Below are positions 21,667-32,324 of a DNA stretch of 32,324 bases, in pieces. The notes under the pieces were generated by a model. The model made no database searches. It saw only the letters and a program-made list of their open reading frames with translations, and was not told the origin of the DNA. The position numbers and the translations under genes were made by a program. The stretch lies in the NCBI RefSeq assembly GCF_006345805.1, contig NW_021832305.1, forward strand, positions 1 to 32,324, read 5' to 3'. The stretch comes from Octopus sinensis. Taxonomy: Eukaryota. The stretch's first letter is position 1; each line of letters begins with the position of its first letter.

Positions 21667-22151
21667 GCTAAGTTACGGTGACGTAGATACACCAGCATCG
21701 GTTGTCAAGCGATGCTGGAGGGACAAACACAGGCACACAAACGTATATACACCCACACGCATACACACACAAACACATATATATATATATATACACAAAA
21801 GGCTTCTTTCAGTTTCCGTCTACCAAATCTGTTCACAAGGCTTTGGTCGGCCCCGAGGCTACAGTAGAAGACACTTGCCCAAGGTGCCACGCAGTGGGAC
21901 TGAACCCAGGACCACATGGTTGGTAAGCAAGCTACTTACCACACAGCCACTCCTGCACCTATATATATACATATATATACATATATACGACGGGCTTCTT
22001 TCAGTTTCCGTCTACCAAATCCGCTCACAAGGCTTTGGTCGGCCCCGAGGCTATAGTAGAAGACACTTGCCCAAGATGTCACGCAGTGGGACTGAACCCA
22101 GGACCACGTGGTTGGTAAGCAAGCTACTTACCACACAGCCACTCCTGCACC

Positions 22152-22185
<34 letters not shown>

Positions 22186-22552
22186 ACATATATACGATGG
22201 TCTTCTTTCAGTTTCCATCTACCAAATCCACTCACAAGGCTTTGGTCGGCCCGAGGCTATAGTAGAAGACACTTGCCCAAGGTGCCACACAGTGGGACTG
22301 AACCCAGGACCATGTTGTTGGTAAGCAAGCTACTTACCACACAGCCACTCCTGCACCTATATATATACATATATATACATATATACGACGGGCTTCTTTC
22401 AGTTTCCGTCTACCAAATCCACTCACAAGGCTTTGGTCGGCCCTAAGGCTATAGTAGAAGACACTTGCCCAAGATGTCACGCAGTGGGACTGAACCCAGG
22501 ACCACATGGTTGTTGGTAAGCAAGCTACTTACCACACAGCCACTCCTGCGCC
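21667..22552 (-). mobile_element. SINE family A with the complete 5' half plus microsatellite repeated four times
   Basis: Heads end at 21959, 22151, 22357 and 22552; period about 195-205 bp. Confidence 0.9.
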
Positions 22553-23012
22553 TATTACTATTATTGTTGTTAATTTTTCATTTGATATCAACTTAATATC
22601 AAATACTTGCTAATTGTCAACTAGTTACCTAAACCAGTATCATCATCATCATCACCACCACCACCACCACCACCATCACCATCACCATCACCATCAACAT
22701 CATCATCATCATCATCATCATCATCATTACTATTTTTGCTCTTTTCTTAGGAGGATTGTCATACAAAAGTCTAAATTGAAAGAAAATACCACGGCGCCAT
22801 TCTCCCAGCCTTTTTCTCTCTTTCTCTCCTTGTCTGCATGGCTGCCTCCTGACCTTAGCACTTTTAATATAGTACTGAATTTAGGCTATGCCGTAATTAG
22901 ACCTTGTAAAGTAACCCACCACCCTCAACACCCTGCCACTACATACTAGCTTGCACACACAATCGTTCACACATGTATGTATGTATGTACGCACAAAATG
23001 TATAAATATCTT

Positions 23013-23103
<91 letters not shown>

Positions 23104-23528
23104 GTATATATATGCTATCATATAGAAAATTTATCCAGCAATGTTATAGACTGCATGTGTATGCAAGAAGAAAATTAATACACACACACACACACATTTT
23201 ACATATATATATATATATGTGTGTCCGTGTGTATGTGTACGGCATTATATTAAATATACAAGTATCCAGCAATGTAATTATTCACATATGCATGCAATAA
23301 AAAATACACATATCCACTAACACACATACATGTATGCATATTTATATGTGTGGGCATATATGTATATATATATATATATATATATAAATGTATATATATA
23401 TGTGTGTGTGTGTTTGTGTGTGTATATATATTTATATATATATATATATATGAATAATAAAAAATAATAAAATAATATATATAAGTAATAAAAAATAATG
23501 TCTATCTATCTATCTATCTATCTCTCTA

Positions 23529-24303
<775 letters not shown>

Positions 24304-24312
24304 ATATATATA

Positions 24313-24348
<36 letters not shown>

Positions 24349-24661
24349 TGTATGTATGTATGTGTGTATATTTTATCTAAACAGTATGGGTGGCTTATTA
24401 GCAATTTGACAACCTAAAGGCAAATTTACAGATGTCGCCGAAGTGAGAGAGAGCACTAAGTGGTACCAGCACTGCTAGAAATAATAGTCAAAACAATTCA
24501 ATAGCCACAAAAGCACAATTTTAGTAACTGGTAAGGGAGACAAGCGGGCATAGCCAGATCAGATTTTGAATTTTGATGCTAAGGCTTCTTATTTCTCATC
24601 AGTGGCTCTTAACTCCTGCTATAGAGGAAACACACACACATGCTAATATACACATGCTAAC

Positions 24662-25033
24662 AAAAAAGCACCATCCGAACGTGGCCGATGCCAGCGTCAC
24701 CCCGACTGGCTCCTGTGCCGGTGGCACATAAAAAGACCATCCGAACGTTGCCAGCGCCGCCTTGGCAGGCTTCCGCGCCGCTGGAATGTTAAAAGCTCCA
24801 ACCGATCGTGACCGATGCTGGACCCCTCCTGGCACCTGTGCAGGTGGCACGTAAAAAGCACCCACTACACTCGCAGAGTGGTTGGCATTAGGAAGGGCAT
24901 CCAGCCGTAGAAACTCTGCCAGATCAGACTGGAGCCTGGAGCAGCCCCTGGCTTCCCAGACCCCGGTCGAACTGTCCAACCCGTGCTAGCGCGGAAAATG
25001 GACGTTAAACGATGATGATGATGATGATGATGA
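24662..25033 (+). mobile_element. 5'-truncated SINE-like element with internal tandem repeats and an RTE-type 3' tail ending in (GAT)n
   Basis: Repeated GGTGGCAC.TAAAAAG units; tail CCAACCCGTGCTAGCGCGGAAAATGGACGTTAAAC(GAT)n, remnants of which also occur at about 9025-9058, 10135-10170 and 31606-31655. Confidence 0.65.
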
Positions 25034-25315
25034 TATATATTTTTATATATTACAGTTTTAATCTTAGAATTTTCTTTTGCTATGTTTTGTTTTGTTTAGG
25101 TGACACATTCAGGGTGGTCCAAAGGTCCTCTTAGTGTTTATATAGATTGGCTAACCGCGGAGGTCAGTTGAGGTTAGTCAAACATTTTAATGCATGCCTT
25201 GTTTCTCTCCCCCACCCTCTCTCCATTCCTCCCTCGCATTGCCCACCCACACCCCTACCTTGACCTTCGACCACCTCTCCTCTGTATTAATTAAAACCCT
25301 AGCACAACCCCAATA

Positions 25316-25862
25316 TTTATGTATGCATTTATGTATGTATGTATGTATGTATGTATGTATGCATTATGTATGTATGTAAGTATGTATGTATGCATTTATG
25401 TATGTATGTATGTATGCATTTATGTATGTATGTATGTATGTATGTATGTATGTATTTATGTATGTATGTATGTATGTATGTATGTATGTATGTATGTATG
25501 TATGTATGTATGTATGTATGTATGTATGTACGTACGTACGTACGTACGTACGTACGTACGTACGTACGTACGTATGTATGTATGTATTTATGTATGTATG
25601 TAGGTATGTATGTATGTATGTGTGTATGTATGTGTGTATGTATGTATGTATGTATGTATGTATGTATGTATGTTTGTATTTATGTATGTATGTATGTAGT
25701 ATGTATGTGTATGTATGTATATGTATGTATGTATGTATGATGTATGTATGTATGTATGTATGTATGCATTTATGTATGTATGCATTTATGTATGTATGTA
25801 TGTATGTATGTATGTATGTATGTATGTATGTATGCATTATGTATGTATGTATGTATGTATGT
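25316..25862. repeat. (TATG)n array with an embedded (TACG)11
   Basis: TACG block at 25529-25572. Confidence 0.95.
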
Positions 25863-26476
25863 GTGTATATATGTTTGTGTGTCTGTGCTTGTCCCCTCAA
25901 CATCGCTTGACAACCGATGCTGGTCTGTTTACGTCCCTGTAACTTAGCGGCTCGGCGAAAGAGACCGATAGAATAATTACTAGACTAACAAAGAATAAGT
26001 CCTGGGGTCGATTTGATCGACTAAAGGCAGTGCTCCAACATGGCCACAATCAAAGAGGCGTAGGAGTGGCTGTGTGGTAAGTAGCTTGCTTCCCAACCAC
26101 ATGGTTCTGGGTTCAGTCCCAGTGTTGCGGCACCTTGGGCAAGTGTCTTCTACAATAGCCTCGGGCCAACTAAAGCATTGTTAGTGGATTTAGTAGACGG
26201 AAACTGAAAGAAGCCCGTCGTATATATGTGTGTGTGTATATATATATATATTTATATATGTATTTGTGTGTATATATGTTTGTCGCACCAACATTGCTTG
26301 ACAACCGATGCTGGTGCATTGACATCCCCATAGCATAGTGCTTCAGCAAAAGAGACCGATAGAATAAGTACTGGGCTTACAAAGAATAAGTCCTGGGGTC
26401 GATTTGCTCAACTAAAGGCAGTGCTCCAGCATGGCCGCAGTCAAATGACTGAAACAAGTAAAAGAGTAAAGGAGTA
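25863..26476 (+). mobile_element. SINE family A: 3' half (to about 26053) followed by a full-length copy (26057-26476)
   Basis: Matches 19414-19824. Confidence 0.85.
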
Positions 26477-26494
26477 TAACCCTGGAGTAATTAA

Positions 26495-26652
26495 GTCAGT
26501 TACATCTACCCCTGTGCTCAATTGGTTATTATTTTATCGACCCCGAAAAGCAAAGTCAGTCTTGGTAGAAGTTTGAACTCGGGACAGAAGGAACGACAAT
26601 ATACCATGAAGCATTTTGCTCTGTGTGCTAACAATTCTGCCATCTCACCACC
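26495..26652 (-). mobile_element. Diverged SINE family C
   Basis: TTTTATCGACCCCGAAAAGCAAAGTC...TTTGAACTC...GCTAACAATTCTGCCA. Confidence 0.65.
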
Positions 26653-26673
26653 ATATATCATTATTATTGTATA

Positions 26674-28594
26674 CTAGCAGTATCACCCGGCGTTGCTCAG
26701 GTTTGTTTCGACCCTTTAGAATTGGAATTTTTGAAAAGTAAAAATTTTGCATTATGTAGCTTGTTATTCTCTTTAAGTGAACATTTTTCTGGTGGAAATA
26801 CACCGAAAAATGGCGACACAGCAGTCAAAAAATCGTAAAAAATAGGGATTTTCATAGAAAAAAATCCCACCTTTTTGATGTAAATAATTTTTGGTGTTAA
26901 CAACATGGTCCGATTTGAATTTTTTCTTCTACAGAATGAAGAGCAATCCTTCTATCATAATCTCAATTTTGGTCAACGTGCTCCACAGGGTCTTGGAGGA
27001 GATAGTGTTAGTTAAAGGCTACCAAACCTGCCATACACACACAACTTCAGCTTTATATATAGACTAGCAGTATCGCCTGGCATTGCTCAGGTTTGTTTCG
27101 ACCCTTTAGAATTGGAATTTTTGAAAAGTAAAAATTTTGCATTATGTAGCTTGTTATTCTCTTTAAGTGAACATTTTTCTGGTTGAAATACACCGAAAAA
27201 TGGCGACACAGCAGTCAAAAAATAGGGATTTTCATAGCAAAAAAAGCACCTTTTTGATGTAAATAATTTTTGGTGTTAACGTGGTCCAATTTGAATTTTA
27301 TCTTCTACGGACTGAAGAGCAAGCCTTCTTCTATCATAATCTCAATTTTGGTCAACTCGCACCGCAGGGTCTCAGAGGAGATAGTGTTAGTTGAAGGCTA
27401 CCAAACCTGCCATACACAGACAACTTCAGCTTTATATATATAGACTAGCAGTATCACCCGGCGTTGCTCGGGTTTGTTTCGACCCTTTAGAATTGGAATT
27501 TTTGAAAAGTAAAAGTTATGCATTATGTAGCTCTTGAACATTTCTCTTTGAACATACATTTTTCTGGTTGAAAAACCGAAAAATGGCGACACAGCAGTCA
27601 AAAAATAGGGATTCATAGCAAAAAAAGCACCTTTTTGATGTAAATAATTTTTGGTGTTAACGTGGTCCAATTTGAATTTTATCTTCTACGGACTGAAGAG
27701 CAAGCCTTCTTCATCATAATCTCAATTTTGGTCAACTCGCACCGCAGGGTCTCAGAGGAGATAGTGTTAGTTGAAGGCTACCAAACCTGCCATACACAGA
27801 CAACTCAGCTTTATATATAAGACTCAGTATCACCCGGCGTTGCTCGGGTTTGTTTCGACCCTTTAGAATTGGAATTTTTGAAAAGTAAAAGTTATGCATT
27901 ATGTAGCTTGTATTTCTCTTTAAGTGAACATTTTTCTGGTTGAAATACACCGAAAAATGGCGACACAGCAGTCAAAAAATAGGGATTTTCATAGCAAAAA
28001 AAGCACCTTTTTGATGTAAATAATTTTTGGTGTTAACGTGGTCCAATTTGAATTTTATCTTCTACGGACTGAAGAGCAAGCCTTCTTCTATCATAATCTC
28101 AATTTTGGTCAACTCGCACCGCAGGGTCTCAGAGGAGATAGTGTTATGAAGGCTACCAAACCTGCCATACACAGACAAACTTCAGTTTATATATATAGAC
28201 TAGCAGTATCACCGGCGTTGCTCGGTTTGTTTCGACCCTTTAGAATTGGAATTTTTGAAAAGTAAAAGTTATGCATTATGTAGCTTGTATTTCTCTTTAA
28301 GTGAACATTTTCCTGGTTGAAATACACCGAAAAATGGCAACACAGCAGTCAAAAAATCATTAAAAAATAGGGATTTTCATAGAAAAAAAGCAACTTTTTG
28401 ATGTAAATAATTTTTGGTGTTAACATGGTCCGATTTGAATTTTATCTTCTATGGAAGGAAGAGCAAGCCTTCTTCTATCATACTCTCAATTTGGGTCAAC
28501 TTGCACCGCAGGGTCTCGGAGGAGATAGTGTTAGTTGAAGGCTACCAAACCTGCCATACACAGACAACTTCAGCCTTATCTATATATATAGAGA
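26674..28594 (-). mobile_element. Head-to-tail array of five ~380-390-bp non-autonomous Helitrons
   Basis: Each unit on minus reads TCTATATATA..AAGCTGAAG...CCCGAGCAACGCCGGGTGATACTGCTAG. Units are 26674-27063, 27064-27444, 27445-27822, 27823-28199 and 28200-28594. The outer flanks are A|...|T. Confidence 0.85.
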
Positions 28595-28924
28595 TATAAC
28601 GAATATGTTTGTTTTACATATGTTTTTCCCATGCTAGCAAAAGGCTTGACAGATGAAGTACTGAGGTATTATTTTACAGCTGAATAACATTCTTGTCAAT
28701 ACAACAACACTAAAGTGTTTCTTATGTAAAAGATCCTTTATTTCACGCGTCTTTGAAGCAGGGGGGGGCTGAGGTGAGACGGGGGGGGCGAGAGGAGATT
28801 TTTGTTGACAGATGAACTAACAACAACAACGACTACAACAATAACAATGACATTCCTTGTAAATAGTGACTTTTGTAGATTGCAATACAAACAAACATAT
28901 GGACACAAACACACACACAAACAC

Positions 28925-28932
28925 ATATGTAT

Positions 28933-28981
<49 letters not shown>

Positions 28982-29111
28982 TTATACATATATATGTAAT
29001 GTATACATATATATGTATATATGTATATATATGTATATTATATATATACATACACATATATATGTAGACATATATATACATATATATATACATATATATA
29101 TATACATATAT

Positions 29112-29146
<35 letters not shown>

Positions 29147-29200
29147 ATATATATATATATATACACATACACAAACATAAGTATATATACACACACAGTA
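28925..29200. repeat. (TA)n/(CA)n compound microsatellite
   Basis: Directly visible. Confidence 0.9.
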
Positions 29201-29269
29201 TATAATTCTGGTGCCTCAACTTAAGTACCATATTCATCTGAATCTAAATTTTTACTGAACTTATATATA

Positions 29270-29423
29270 TACGACAGGCTTCTTTCAGTTTCCATCTACC
29301 AAACCCACCCACAAAGCTGAGGATTTAGTAGAAGACACTTGCTCAAGGTGCCACACAGTGGGACTGAAACCTGAACCATGTGGTTGGGAAGCAAGCTTCT
29401 TACCACACAGCCATCCTGCACCT
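29270..29423 (-). mobile_element. SINE family A 5' half with an internal deletion
   Basis: Reverse complement of the family A head and body. Confidence 0.8.
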
Positions 29424-29429
29424 AAAGCC

Positions 29430-29850
29430 AAGTTTCCCAATTAACACCTTTGTATTAACTCTTCTATGCACACCCACATTGCACATCCAGTGGACCATTC
29501 TCACTTAATTTTTTTCTTCCAATCTTCTCAAGTCCTCTGCATTCAGGGCCCAAATCTCATTACCCTGCAGCATTGCAGTTCCTAACATAAGCATCATACA
29601 ATATGCTTTTCCCTCTTAGAAAAGAAGATTTTTGTTGTTGTCAGTGATAGGAGCTTCCTGAACTTTCTCCAACTAGTTCTGAATTTAGCATATACGTACT
29701 TTCAGATCAACTACGTCCCTTGCTAATTGCATCTCCCAGGTAACAAATGCTATCAACTACTTTTAACGAGCCATCTGTGCAATTTTGACACCCAGATTCA
29801 GGTGTGCTCATGAGGAATTGCTCCAGTGCACCTACTGCATATAAAGCTCA
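29430..29850 (-). pseudogene. Decayed RTE-clade LINE reverse-transcriptase C-terminal fragment
   Basis: Manual translation across frameshifts gives LKVVDSICYLGDAIS, RTSWRKFRKLL, YDAYVR and AMLQGNEIWALNAEDLRRLE, matching the RTE pattern VDSFxYLG...W..FR.L..L...ML.GSETW. Confidence 0.75.
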
Positions 29851-29899
29851 CATTCTTGGCTGACTTTTGTATGAGAGTGCAAATACAAACATACATTCA

Positions 29900-29931
<32 letters not shown>

Positions 29932-30015
29932 TATATTCTATATATTCACCCACATGCTTTCACAAACCAACTTTCTTATCCATATATATATATAATATAT
30001 ATATATTCTCTTTTT

Positions 30016-30408
30016 TTCTCTTTTTACTTGTTTCAGTCATTTGACTGCGGCCATGCTGGAGCACCGCCTTTTAGTCGAGCAAATCGACCTCGGGGAACTA
30101 TTCTTTGTAAGCCCAGTACTTATTCTATCGGTCTCTTTTTGCCGAACTGCTAAGTGACAGGGACGTAAACACACCAGCATCGGTTGTCAAGCAATGCTAG
30201 GGGGACATACACAAACACACACATATATATATATATACATATATACGACAGGCTTCTTTCAGTTTCCGTCTACCAAACCCACTCACAAGGCATTGGTCGG
30301 CCCGGGGCTATAGCAGAAGACACTTGCCCAAGATGCCACGCAGTGGGACTGAACCCGGAACCATGTGGTTGGTTAGCAAGCTACTTACCACACAACCACT
30401 CCTGCGCC
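30016..30408 (-). mobile_element. SINE family A, full length
   Basis: Shares variants (GGTTAGCAAGC, GCTATAGCAGAAG, AAGATGCC) with the 10479-11266 array. Confidence 0.9.
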
Positions 30409-30439
30409 TATATATATATACGTATTTTTGTATTCTTAT

Positions 30440-31030
30440 TCGTGTAACATCGTCCGTTTTTCCGTCCTTGTTTTGTATACATTCGAGGCTTTCTTCCAAG
30501 GAATCTAATGTGCTTGGCTTAGGTTTTCCTTAGGGGCTGGCCAGGTCGGAGCAATCTCAAGATTAATCAGCCGAAATTGCGAAGATGATCCGATTCTTGA
30601 CTGAAGATTGAAGGCTTCGAATGTCCCGTCCGTGTTTTTTGTGTCGTCTTCTAAATGTTTCACGTTCTTGTCCCAGTTTGTATTTTTTTACTTTTACATA
30701 TATATATATATATATGTTGTTTTTGTCTCATTTGGTCTAAAGTCGTATGACAACCACCGTATATATATTTTGTCTATTCATTACTGTTTTCAATTTCTTT
30801 CGTCTCTGTATTCACATCCGTCTTGTGCGTTCACATTCCTGTCTTCTACCAAGAAATCTAATGCTTACAGCTTAGTTTTTTTTCTTGGGGCTGGCCGAGT
30901 TGGAGCAAATATCAGAATTGAACAGCCGAAATTTGCTATGATGATTCGGTGTCTGACTGAAGATTGAAGGCTTCGAATGATTTGTCTGTGTTCCGTGTTC
31001 GTCCCTTCCTGTATTTCACGTTCTTTATAT
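30440..31030. repeat. Two diverged direct copies of an unclassified ~220-bp repeat
   Basis: CCAAGGAATCTAATG...GGGGCTGGCC...CAGCCGAAATT...GACTGAAGATTGAAGGCTTCGAATG at about 30490-30630 and 30845-30985. Confidence 0.75.
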
Positions 31031-31096
31031 ATAAAAACATTCATTCATTTATATATATATATATACATACATACACACATACAAATATATATATAT

Positions 31097-31248
31097 GGGC
31101 ATGGCTGTGTGGTTAGGGAGCTTGCTTCCTAGCTATATGGTTTCGGGTTCAGTCCCACTGCATGGCACTTTGGGCAAGTGTCTTCCACTACAGCCCCGAG
31201 CCGACCCAAGCTTTGTGATTGAATTCGGTATGTGGAAGTTACTACCGT
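31097..31248 (+). mobile_element. Diverged SINE family A 5' half
   Basis: TGGCTGTGTGG...GGTTCAGTCCC...TTGGGCAAGTGTC. Confidence 0.75.
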
Positions 31249-31387
31249 GTGTGTATGTGTGCGTGTAGGTGCTCAGTGCCTCTCCGAAAGAGAGAGTGGG
31301 ATATATACATATTATGGAGATGTACTTGCATAGCAAGTGACCTAGTCTGAGATCGTGTGCTGGAACGAAAACAATTGTAGCGCGGAA

Positions 31388-31605
31388 AGGTGTTCATAAG
31401 CCATTTAAGAAACACACAAAAACCGTTAGATTCACTTCAACATTTAAATTTAATTTGCCAAAATATTTTTGGCGCTTTGAGACTGCCACCTGTTCACTGA
31501 CAAATGTCCGTGCTGCATCATGGAATTTTGCCACTGAATTTAAATTTAAATGTTGAAGTGAATCTAATGGTTTTTGTATGTTTCTTAAATGGCTTATAAA
31601 CACCT
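31388..31605. mobile_element. 218-bp foldback/MITE-like element with 64-bp inverted arms
   Basis: Arms 31388-31451 and 31542-31605 differ at 3 of 64 positions by my alignment; no clear TSD. Confidence 0.7.
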
Positions 31606-31769
31606 AGTATGGAACATGGACGTTAAATGATTATGATGATGATGATGATGATGATGATTTGCTGAATTTTACAATTCTGTAAATAATAATATCTTTTTTA
31701 TAGGCTTAAATCTTATATGTGATCACTGTGCAATAACTGAAGAAGATATTGGGGTTTACAAGCCCCTTT

Positions 31770-32324
31770 TTACCAACAATAACTCTGAGCCCCTTTTCAA
31801 ACTCCACCCATCTAACACCCGTGGACATATTTACAAAGTCAGAAAACAGAACAGCTCCCATGACTTTCGGAAACATTTTTTCATGCTAAGAGTTGCTGAA
31901 GCATGGAGCAGACTGCTGGCATCAGTTGTTAGTTGTTGGAGCACTGCATCCTTCAAACTTCCATGCTTTCTGAGATTCACCAAGACTACACCTAATTTTC
32001 TCCCCTTCATACACATGCAGGCATGTATCTGACTCATACACTGTTCGCTTTCCACACATTTGTACATTACTGCATATGCAGATAAAATTATTAATTATAA
32101 AATTATAATATTATGGCAGACACCCATAAAATTATTAACCATCTTACCAACAATAACTCTGAGCACCTTTTCAAACTCCACCCGTGGACATGTTTACAAA
32201 GTCAGAAAACAGCACAGCTCCCATGACTTTCGGAAACATTTTTTCACACTAAGAGTTGCTGAAGCATGGAACAAACTGTCGGCATCGGTTGTTAGTTGTC
32301 GGAGCATTGCATCCTTCAAAACTT
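31770..32324 (+). mobile_element. CR1-clade LINE 3' end, tandem dimer running off the window
   Basis: Same family as 17117-17817; junction at about 32071-32125. Confidence 0.85.

Noticed and set aside
24560-24602. Minus-strand CTGATGAG as a hammerhead
   Set aside because: No stem II/CGAAA partner or matching stem I downstream
25110-25126. CAGGGTGGTCCAAAGGT resembling a Tc1/mariner TIR
   Set aside because: No partner TIR or TA TSD found
30598-30630. CTGAAGA...CGAATGTC as a hammerhead (also at about 30956)
   Set aside because: GAAT instead of GAAA, a marginal stem II, and no stem I complement

Overview
Eukaryotic, repeat-saturated DNA with no complete gene. The repeat families look like those of a coleoid cephalopod (Octopus-like), but this is recognition from memory, not a database hit. 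The window is mostly microsatellites, several tRNA-derived SINE families, decayed LINE fragments (CR1, RTE, R4/Dong-like), a non-autonomous Helitron, a Helentron-type element, two small inverted-repeat elements and a ~120-bp satellite. Almost all ORFs in the supplied track are simple-repeat artefacts. Four things stand out. (1) A short exon missed by the ORF track (3975-4131, +) starts a protein MGCTTSS..., a myristoylation/palmitoylation-type N-terminus; the rest of the window may be its intron. (2) Two type I hammerhead-ribozyme motifs with palindromic stem III lie on the minus strand (8818-8894 and 24206-24240), typical of Penelope-like elements. (3) Five Helitron copies form a head-to-tail array with exact CTAG|TC junctions (26674-28594). 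(4) SINE and CR1 concatemers reuse the same junctions at independent loci. Family labels A-D are my own. Most repeat boundaries are approximate to about 10 bp.
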